Assembly: GCA_965223545.1 (NCBI GenBank)
Contig: OZ245006.1
Location: 1,216,001-1,280,000, forward strand
DNA: 64,000 nucleotides
Direction of reading: 5' to 3'
From: Planctomycetota bacterium
GTDB taxonomy: Bacteria > Planctomycetota > UBA1135 > UBA2386
Both the position numbers and the translations under genes were made by a program. Of the stretch, positions 30,644 through 37,999 are shown piece after piece. The notes beneath the pieces were generated by a model that did not search any database, had not been told where the DNA came from, and saw only the letters and a program-made list of their open reading frames with translations. Numbering within the stretch: position 1 is the stretch's first letter; each line of letters begins with the position of its first letter.

Positions 30644-31447
30644 CTACTCGCCGGCGACGGCGATCATGCCCTCGGTCGGCGAGGACGCGGAGGCGTAGCG
30701 CCGCTTGGGCATGCGACCCGCCAGGTACGCATCGCGCCCGGCCTCGCACGCGGCGCGCATGGCGCGCGCCATGCGCACCGGATCGCGCGCCAATGCGACA
30801 CCGGTGTTGAGCAGCACTCCGTCGGCGCCGAGCTCCATCGCGATGGCGACGTCGGACGCGGTACCGACACCGGCGTCGATCAGGATCGGCACGGTGGCGC
30901 GTTCCAAGATGATGCTCAGGTTGTTCGCGTTGAGGATGCCCTGGCCCGAGCCGATCGGCGCGCCGGCCGGCATCACCGCGGCGACGCCGACGTCCTGCAA
31001 CCGCGTCGCCAACACCGGGTCGTCGCTGGTGTAGCACAGCACGGTAAAGCCCTCGCGGACCAAGACCTCCGCCGCTTGCAGCGTGCCGACCGGGTCGGGC
31101 AGCAGGGTCTGACGGTCACCGAGCACCTCGAGCTTGACCAGCTCCGACATGCCGGCCTCGCGCCCCAGCCGGGCGGTGCGCACGGCGTCGTCGGCGTCGA
31201 AGCATCCGGCGGTGTTGGGCAACAGCACGTAGCGCTCGCGGTCGAGGTAGTCGAGCAGCGTCTTGCCCTCCGGCACCCCGAGCTGCATGCGGCGCACGGC
31301 CACCGTCACGCACTGCGTGCCGGATTCGGCCAACGCCTCGCGCATGACCTCGAGGTCCTCGTACTTGCCCGTGCCCAAGAACAACCGCGAGCCGAACGTG
31401 TGCGGCCCGATCTTCAGCGGACGGTCGGTCGGCAGCGCGTCCGACAT
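30644..31447 (-). CDS. thiG: Thiazole synthase
   Basis: [56 protein letters not shown]. Confidence 0.97.
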   Translation of the reverse strand: MSDALPTDRPLKIGPHTFGSRLFLGTGKYEDLEVMREALAESGTQCVTVAVRRMQLGVPEGKTLLDYLDRERYVLLPNTAGCFDADDAVRTARLGREAGMSELVKLEVLGDRQTLLPDPVGTLQAAEVLVREGFTVLCYTSDDPVLATRLQDVGVAAVMPAGAPIGSGQGILNANNLSIILERATVPILIDAGVGTASDVAIAMELGADGVLLNTGVALARDPVRMARAMRAACEAGRDAYLAGRMPKRRYASASSPTEGMIAVAGE

Positions 31448-31450
31448 GGC

Positions 31451-31672
31451 TCACCCACCTCCGACGAAGGTGACGATCTCGAGGCGGTCGCCGTCGGCGA
31501 GCTCGGTCGAAGCCAAGCGGGCGCGCGGCACCAGCTCGCGGTTGCGCTCGACCGCCACTTGGCGGCGATCCACGCCCAGGTGCTCGAGCAGGCCGTCGAC
31601 CGTCATCGGTCCGACGACGCGGACCGCGTCACCGTTGACGGTCAGGTCGAGGCTGGGTTCGGCGGAAGACAT
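31451..31672 (-). CDS. thiS: Sulfur carrier protein ThiS
   Basis: VNG...VAVERN...[13 protein letters not shown] with the C-terminal GG; adjacent to thiG. Confidence 0.96.
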   Translation of the reverse strand: MSSAEPSLDLTVNGDAVRVVGPMTVDGLLEHLGVDRRQVAVERNRELVPRARLASTELADGDRLEIVTFVGGG

Positions 31673-31766
31673 CGAAGAGTGGCGCTAGGCCGGACATCGT
31701 GCCAGAGCAACTCTCTTCGCGCCACGGTCGCCACCGGAACCGAGCGCCTCTCGGGACCGACCGGCG

Positions 31767-31918
31767 CGTCCCCCATGCTGAACGATGGTCTTGGAGTCAC
31801 GAGCCCCGCGTAGCAACCGGTGCCCGGCAGTGGCGCGATGCCCAACTCGACATGGGCCTGCCCTCCAGCGTGGACATGCCGGTCAGACTGGGCTGCGCCA
31901 CGGCGCCCTGGGGCGACG
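31767..31918 (+). ncRNA. Candidate structured RNA (long irregular rod, possibly 6S-like)
   Basis: Nested pairings found by eye: 31767-75 with 31909-18, 31808-14 with 31892-98, 31817-21 with 31887-91, 31824-29 with 31877-82, and 31840-44 with 31853-57. G-U pairs favour the + strand. Confidence 0.4.
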
Positions 31919-32070
31919 AGCAGGACCAGAACTGGTGCGAAAAAGAGCGACCGCAACCGGAGGGGCCGGCGCCGAAAAAGCACCCGGCGGAAGATCGCAT
32001 GCCGACCGACACGTCGATCCCGTCGCATAATTCGATGCCCCTACCTGGGCCGAGTTGCCCCCAACGACCG

Positions 32071-32934
32071 ATGCACCGACCGCCGCCCGACGACGCGCAC
32101 CCCCACCGCCTGGTCGCGCTGGACCGCGACCACCCCGGCTTTCGCGACGCGGCCTATCGCGCTCGCCGCGATGCCATCGCCGCGAGCGCGCTCGCCTACC
32201 GCAGCGGGCCGGTACCGGCGGTGCCGTATACCGAGGCCGAGCACGGTGTCTGGCAACAGATCTGGCGCGCCCTCGATCCGCTCCATCAGAGTTGGGCTCC
32301 GCGCGGCTTCTTGGTGCTGCACCGCCGGCTGGCGCTCTCTCGGGACCGCATCCCACAGCTGGAAGAGGTCAACCGGCGGTTGGTCGACGTCTGCGGCTTC
32401 CGCATGCAGCCGGTGGCCGGTCTGATCGAGCCGCGCGCCTTCCTGTCCCGGCTGGCCGACGACCACTTCTTGGCGACCCAGTACATCCGCCACCACTCGA
32501 CGCCGCTGTACACACCGGAACCCGACGTCGTGCACGAGCTCATCGGCCACGCGGCGAGCTTCACCCACCCGATGATCGTCGAGCTCAACCGGGCCTTCGG
32601 CCGCGCCGCGCGCGTCGCGACGGACGCGGCGGTGCAACGCCTGGAGCGGGTCTACTGGTGGACCATGGAGTTCGGCGCGCTGCGCGAGAACGGCGCGCTG
32701 AAGGCGTTCGGCGCCGGCCTGCTGTCGAGCTTCGGCGAGCTCGGCAGCTTCGCCGAGCGGGCGGCGCTGCGGCCGTTCGACGTCGATGCCATGGCGCGCA
32801 CCGACTACGACCCCACCGACTACCAGCCGCAGATCTTCGTCGCCGACTCGTGGGAGGAGATGTACTACGAGTTGGCCGAGTGGCTCGGCGCGGCGACCAG
32901 GGTCAGTCGAGGCGGCCCACCACACACCCCTTGA
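32071..32934 (+). CDS. phhA: Phenylalanine 4-monooxygenase (biopterin-dependent aromatic amino acid hydroxylase)
   Basis: TQYIRH..TPLYTPEPDVVHELIGH (Fe-binding His residues), YWWTMEFG (Glu ligand), GAGLLSSFGEL. Start uncertain. Confidence 0.92.
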   Translation: MHRPPPDDAHPHRLVALDRDHPGFRDAAYRARRDAIAASALAYRSGPVPAVPYTEAEHGVWQQIWRALDPLHQSWAPRGFLVLHRRLALSRDRIPQLEEVNRRLVDVCGFRMQPVAGLIEPRAFLSRLADDHFLATQYIRHHSTPLYTPEPDVVHELIGHAASFTHPMIVELNRAFGRAARVATDAAVQRLERVYWWTMEFGALRENGALKAFGAGLLSSFGELGSFAERAALRPFDVDAMARTDYDPTDYQPQIFVADSWEEMYYELAEWLGAATRVSRGGPPHTP

Positions 32935-34084
32935 GGTACTCGGACTCGCGGTGACCCAGCCACACGGGATGGTCGGCGCCGGCCGCCAACCGCTCGCGCA
33001 GCACCGCGCGCCACGGCAGGCCGCCCGCCGCCTGCCGGAGCACGTCCTCGAAGTCCGCGCGGCTCAGATGGTGGCTGCAGGAGAACGTCAGCAACAGGCC
33101 ACCCGGCGCCAGCAGCCGCAGCGCCTGCCGGTTGAGGTCGCGATAGCCGCGTTCGGCGCCGCCGCGCTCGCGCCGGCGTTTGGCGAACGCGGGTGGGTCG
33201 ACGACGATCAAATCGAAGTTCTCCTTGCGCCCGCGGAGCTCGCGCAGCGTGTCGAACGCGTTGGCCTCGGCGGTGGTCAGGCCTGCCAACCCGTTGCGCT
33301 CGGCATCCGACCGGGCCCGCGCCAGCGCGGCGGCCGACTGGTCGACGGCGAGAGCGGTGCGCGCACCGCCGGCCAGCGCGGCGAGTGAGAACGCCCCCTG
33401 ATAGGCAAACAGATCGAGCACCCGACGGTCCTGCGCCAACTCCGCGACCCGGCTCCGGGCGGGACGCTGATCGAGATAGAAGCCGGTCTTGTGGCCGCCC
33501 CAGGGATCGACCTGGTACTGCAGCGCACCTTCGCGGATCACCGCCTCTTCCCGACGCCGGCCACACAACAGCCGCACCTCGCGCGGCAGCCCCTCGCGGG
33601 CGCGGACCGCGGCATCGTTGCGCGCGATCACGCACGCGCAGCCGGTGACTTCCGCCAGCGCGCTGGCGATGCAGTCGAGCGCCGCCTCGACGACGGCGTG
33701 GGTCGACTGCAAGACGACGCATTCGCCGTACTCGTCGACCACCAAGCCGGGCAGGCCATCGGCTTCGCCGTGCACCAGCCGGACTCCCCGCTGCGGACCG
33801 CGCAAGCCGGAGCGGCGCGCCACCGCCGCGGCGATCCGCGCACCGAAGTGGGCCGCCGGACCCAACGCGTCATCGCCCGGCCCCGCCAGCCGCAGCCGCA
33901 TGTTCGAAGCCGCCGAGTACAGGCCGACGCCATAGCCCCGACCGGCGCCGTCGGTGACCCGGACCAGCGCCTGCGCCGGCGCCTCCACGCGGGCGAGGTC
34001 ATCGGCGAAGAACCACAACCGCCCGCGGCGCGCCAGCTCGCCGGCCCGCGGCGTCAACACGACGACCGGGTCGGGGGCGCTCAT
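32903..34084 (-). CDS. rlmI: RlmI-like class I SAM-dependent rRNA (m5C) methyltransferase
   Basis: LVHGEADGLPGLVVD, GHKTGFYLDQR, VLDLFAYQGAF, VDPPAF, TFSCS, DHP...EYLK. Confidence 0.85.
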   Translation of the reverse strand: MSAPDPVVVLTPRAGELARRGRLWFFADDLARVEAPAQALVRVTDGAGRGYGVGLYSAASNMRLRLAGPGDDALGPAAHFGARIAAAVARRSGLRGPQRGVRLVHGEADGLPGLVVDEYGECVVLQSTHAVVEAALDCIASALAEVTGCACVIARNDAAVRAREGLPREVRLLCGRRREEAVIREGALQYQVDPWGGHKTGFYLDQRPARSRVAELAQDRRVLDLFAYQGAFSLAALAGGARTALAVDQSAAALARARSDAERNGLAGLTTAEANAFDTLRELRGRKENFDLIVVDPPAFAKRRRERGGAERGYRDLNRQALRLLAPGGLLLTFSCSHHLSRADFEDVLRQAAGGLPWRAVLRERLAAGADHPVWLGHRESEYLKGCVVGRLD

Positions 34085-34836
34085 CGAGCGCGATGGGCGC
34101 GGACCACGCGGAACGCCTCACCGTAGCCGCGGCCCTTGTTGAAGAGCATCGAGCGGTGTGCGTTGAGGCCGAGGACCGGGTGGAGATAGTCGACGTAGGC
34201 CAGCTGGCTCTCGTACTCGCGCATCGCCGCGCGCTTCTCCTCGGCGACCGGCGTGATGTCGACGATGACGTCGGGGACCATCGCGTTCCAGATCTCGTAG
34301 CCGAACACCTGGCCACCGAACCCGATCCGAGCCAAGCCGCGCACCACCGAGCAGTAGAGCGCGCGGTGATCGGAGTTGCCCTCGCCCTCCCAGGGCGCGT
34401 AGACCACGGCCGGCTCGTAGGCACCGACGACCGCGGACACGCGCAGCGAGACCTGTTCGATGTCGTCGTCGGTGATCACGCAGCTGTCGGGGAAGCCCCA
34501 GAACTCGAAGTCGGTGACGTCGAGATGGGCCATGCCGGCGCGCGACTCGGAGCGCCGCCGATCGGTGTAGGTCGCGGCGTCATAGCGCCCGTCGGGATCG
34601 CCGGCGACGCCGTCGGTGGCGAGCACGATCCGCACCGGATCGCCCTGGCGGCGGTGCAGAAGCAGGGTGCCCCCGGGACCGGCGGCCTCGTCGTCCGGGT
34701 GCGGCGCAAAGCACAACACCCGCCCGCGGGGCGGCGCGGTGTAGATCTCCGGCAGCGGCAGCACGGAGTAGGAGTCGTCGTCGGGGAGAAGCACGGTCGT
34801 CGAGCGGCGGGGCGGCGGTGCGTCGGGCGCGCTCAC
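34081..34836 (-). CDS. PIG-L/LmbE family deacetylase
   Basis: FAPHPDDE..GPGG, RRSES, WGFPD, SDHR, VDIT..K..AM..YESQ. GTGA overlap with the upstream GNAT. Confidence 0.9.
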   Translation of the reverse strand: MSAPDAPPPRRSTTVLLPDDDSYSVLPLPEIYTAPPRGRVLCFAPHPDDEAAGPGGTLLLHRRQGDPVRIVLATDGVAGDPDGRYDAATYTDRRRSESRAGMAHLDVTDFEFWGFPDSCVITDDDIEQVSLRVSAVVGAYEPAVVYAPWEGEGNSDHRALYCSVVRGLARIGFGGQVFGYEIWNAMVPDVIVDITPVAEEKRAAMREYESQLAYVDYLHPVLGLNAHRSMLFNKGRGYGEAFRVVRAHRAR

Positions 34837-35864
34837 AGCAGATCGGAGTCGCCCATCGTCATGTACCACTCGTCGCGGTAGTAGATCGTGTCGTACTTGA
34901 AGCTCGCCAGGACCAAGAAATACGTCGTGCCCAGCACCATGAAGCCGATCCGCTGGAACACCAGGAAGCGCGGATCCACCTGGTTGAACAAGCCGGCCAA
35001 CACGTCGACCCCGTCGGCGCGACCGCGCGCCTCGAGCGCGCAGACCATCGACATGGTGGCGTCGGCGTCGTCGACCGGCGCCAGCCAATCGATCATGAAC
35101 CCCGTGTTGGGGACCAGGAAATCGGCGACCGTGTAGACGCAGACCCCGCGCAGCGCACCGTCCGCGTCGCGGCACTCGTACAGCGTGTAGTCGCGATCCG
35201 GACAGTCCGCGTAGCGCCAGTTGAGGTAACGCTGATCGCGGATCAGCGCCAGCCCGAAGGTGGGCCGCAGCGATTGCCAGAGCGCGTCGACATCGGCGCC
35301 GAAGCGGGCGACGGGCTCGGTGCGCAGCCCCGCGGGCCCGCTGCGCGGGCGGGTGGCGGAGAGCTCGCGAAAGACGAGGTCCCAGTTGCGGATGTTCCAA
35401 TAGCCGAGGTAGCGCTGGCCGGCGCGCCACGCCGGCACCGGCCAGCCGTAGGTGAACAGCACCTTGCCGTCGTCGGCGCCGCAGAACAGCTCGTGGAACT
35501 TCCAGCCCAGGTGGATGAACAGACCGGGGCGCGGGCCGTGCCGGCGCCAGCGCGGCAGAACCATCAAGTCCACGCCCTGCGCTGCCAGCTGCTCCCGCCC
35601 CTCGGACCAGATGCGCACCGGGATCCCGGCGTAGGCACCGATCACCCCCTCGGTCGCGTGCTCGGCCACGACGTGCTGGATGCGGCCGGTCGGATTGTCC
35701 TGGAACTTCCAGCGCCAATGCGCGAGCGAGCGCGGCCCGATGCCGGCATCGGGATCGGGGAAGATCCGGTTGTAGCACTCCAGCACCGGCTGCTCGTCGC
35801 CGGGCCGGTAAGCGCGCAGCACGACGGGGTCGGGTGCCGCCTCGCCGGCCGCCCCCTCGCTCAT
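34833..35864 (-). CDS. GNAT-family acyltransferase (extended, two-domain)
   Basis: LRAYRPGDE, WRWKFQDNP, VDLMVLPRWRR, RDQRYLNWRYADCP. Confidence 0.8.
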   Translation of the reverse strand: MSEGAAGEAAPDPVVLRAYRPGDEQPVLECYNRIFPDPDAGIGPRSLAHWRWKFQDNPTGRIQHVVAEHATEGVIGAYAGIPVRIWSEGREQLAAQGVDLMVLPRWRRHGPRPGLFIHLGWKFHELFCGADDGKVLFTYGWPVPAWRAGQRYLGYWNIRNWDLVFRELSATRPRSGPAGLRTEPVARFGADVDALWQSLRPTFGLALIRDQRYLNWRYADCPDRDYTLYECRDADGALRGVCVYTVADFLVPNTGFMIDWLAPVDDADATMSMVCALEARGRADGVDVLAGLFNQVDPRFLVFQRIGFMVLGTTYFLVLASFKYDTIYYRDEWYMTMGDSDLL

Positions 35865-35958
35865 CGTGCCCCCCGCGAGTCACCGCACCGAAGTCCCTGC
35901 GGCAGCACGCCTTTGGAAACACCGTCGCGACGCGAAGGGCCGCGGTTGCGGACGCTCC

Positions 35959-36444
35959 TCAAGGCGCGATCTCGAGCGGCGGCAGCTGCTCGCCGCGGTG
36001 GACGACCCGGGCCAGTGGCACGAACCCCGGCACGCTTCGATCAGTGCTCTCGAAGCCCGCGTCGTCGAAGAAGGCCAGGGCGACGCGGTTGCTCGGTTGC
36101 ACGAGGGCATCGAGCCGGCGCAGACCACGGCGCCGCGCTTCGGCGAGTGCCCGCTCCAACAGCAGCCGGCCGTAGCCGCGCCGGCGGCGATCGGGTGCCA
36201 CCACCAGGGTCACCTCGGCGGTGCGGTCGGGCGCCACATCCAACCGGAAAAAACCGGTGCACCGCCCGTCGGCGGCCTCGCCCACGACACACACGATGCG
36301 GGGATCCTCGCTGAGCCGACGCTCCCAGGCGGCCCCGTCCGCGTCCGCCGGCGGACCCAGCCCGGCGGCGCGCAACCACGGCGCGATCGTCGGCAGATCG
36401 CGAGGCACGGCGGCGCGAAACTCGAGGGCGACGGAGGGCGGCAT
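35959..36444 (-). CDS. GNAT family N-acetyltransferase
   Basis: AEVTLVVAPDRRRRGYGRLLL...VQPSNRVALAFFDDAGF. Confidence 0.85.
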   Translation of the reverse strand: MPPSVALEFRAAVPRDLPTIAPWLRAAGLGPPADADGAAWERRLSEDPRIVCVVGEAADGRCTGFFRLDVAPDRTAEVTLVVAPDRRRRGYGRLLLERALAEARRRGLRRLDALVQPSNRVALAFFDDAGFESTDRSVPGFVPLARVVHRGEQLPPLEIAP

Positions 36445-36494
36445 GGGCGCGCGGATCTTACCCAAGCCACCGAGGGGTTCCTCAAGTGGAATCC

Positions 36495-36522
36495 TTGACC
36501 TGCCTTGCCGCCGAGCTACGAT
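36495..36522 (+). promoter_or_regulatory. Sigma70-type promoter of the nusA-infB operon
   Basis: TTGACC-N16-TACGAT directly upstream of the leader hairpin. Confidence 0.7.
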
Positions 36523-36541
36523 GCTGTCGCACAATCTCTTC

Positions 36542-36590
36542 CTGTGATCCAAATGGAGCGGGGTTCCCGCTCCTTTTCGTTTGGTCGCAG
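36542..36590 (+). terminator. rimP-leader-type attenuator hairpin upstream of nusA
   Basis: GGAGCGGG-gtt-CCCGCTCC-TTTT (36555-36577), flanked by further pairing ctgtga..ccaaa / tttgg.tcgcag. Confidence 0.7.
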
Positions 36591-36775
36591 AGCGGGGAGC
36601 GTCTGTCCGGAGCGACAGCCCCGAGCGACCCGTCGCGCGACGCCTCCCGCCAACCCAAAGCCCCCGATTCGCCCCCTTCACCACCACCGACTTCCAGCGC
36701 ACTGACCTCAGCTGCCGCGGCCCCGGCCGCGAGCCTCTCAGCTCCAAAGACCCCTTCGCCCCTCCAACTGCATCG

Positions 36776-37972
36776 ATGGCCTCCGCCGACATCGTCCGTT
36801 ACATCGACACGATCGCCCGTGACAAGGAGATCGACAAGGAGGAGCTGTACGCGTCGGTCGAGCTCGCGCTGGCCCAGGCTCTGGCCAAGAAGTACGGCAT
36901 CGATGACCTCGAGGTGCGGATCGACCGCGAGTCGGGGCAGTTCGACTGCAACTACGAGGTCGACCTCGAGAACGAGGGGCGCATCCTCGCCCAGTCGGTC
37001 AAGCAAGCGATCATCTCGCGCGTGCGCGAGGCCGAGCGCGACGTGCTCTACGAGGAGTTCGAACGGCGCATCGGCGACATCGTCACCGGCACCGTGCAGC
37101 GCTTCGAGGGCGACGCCGTCATCATCAACCTCGGCCGCAACATGGAGGGCATCCTGCCCCGCACCGAGAAGGTGCGCGGCGAGAGCTACAACATCGGCGA
37201 CCGCATCCGGTCGATGGTCTACGAGGTCAAGAAGGCCGGGCCCCGCGTCAAGATCATCCTGTCGCGCGCCCACAAGGACCTGGTGCGGGCACTCTTCGAG
37301 CTGGAGGTGCCGGAGATTGCCGAGGGCATCATCGAGATCCGGCGGATCGAACGGGAGCCGGGCTACCGCACCAAGCTGGCGGTGCACTCGAGCGACGACA
37401 AGGTCGACTGCGTCGGTGCGTGCGTGGGCGTACGCGGCACGCGCATCAAGTCGATCATCGACGAGCTGAACGGCGAGCGCATCGACATCATCCGCTGGAA
37501 CCAGGATCCGGAGATCCTGATCGCCAACGCGCTGAAGCCGGCCGAGGTCTCGCACATCCAGCTCAGCGACAACATCCGCGAAGCAGTGGTGCTCGTCGAC
37601 GAGGACCAGCTGTCGCTCGCAATCGGCCGCAAGGGACAGAACGTGCGACTCGCCAGCCGGCTGACCGGCTGGGAGATCGACATCATGACCCGCACGGAAC
37701 TCGAGAAGAAGATCGCCGAAGAGGACGCCGAAGAGGCCGCTGTCGCGGAAGGCACCGAAGGCGAAGCGGCGGAGGCGGCACCGACGGAAGAGCCGTCGGC
37801 GGACGGCGCTGTATCGGAGCAACCCTCGAACGGCGCGGGCGCGGAAGCGACCGCCGAGCGCGCGGGGCCAGAGGAACCGGCAAATGGAGACCCGGCCGCC
37901 GTGAACCCGGCGCCTTCCAATGCGCCGGAACCGGGAGCCGACGACGGGTCGCGGCGGGAGCCCGAGGCGTAA
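36776..37972 (+). CDS. nusA: Transcription termination/antitermination factor NusA
   Basis: S1 and KH domains; REPGYRTKLAV, VGACVGVRGTRI, QLSLAIGRKGQNVRLASRLTGWEIDI. Confidence 0.97.
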   Translation: MASADIVRYIDTIARDKEIDKEELYASVELALAQALAKKYGIDDLEVRIDRESGQFDCNYEVDLENEGRILAQSVKQAIISRVREAERDVLYEEFERRIGDIVTGTVQRFEGDAVIINLGRNMEGILPRTEKVRGESYNIGDRIRSMVYEVKKAGPRVKIILSRAHKDLVRALFELEVPEIAEGIIEIRRIEREPGYRTKLAVHSSDDKVDCVGACVGVRGTRIKSIIDELNGERIDIIRWNQDPEILIANALKPAEVSHIQLSDNIREAVVLVDEDQLSLAIGRKGQNVRLASRLTGWEIDIMTRTELEKKIAEEDAEEAAVAEGTEGEAAEAAPTEEPSADGAVSEQPSNGAGAEATAERAGPEEPANGDPAAVNPAPSNAPEPGADDGSRREPEA

Positions 37973-37999
37973 ACGGCAATCGCGGTAGCAGGAGCAAGC

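Noticed and set aside
31673..32070. TPP riboswitch upstream of thiS-thiG
   Set aside because: No CTGAGA or ACCTGAT core was found on the minus strand.
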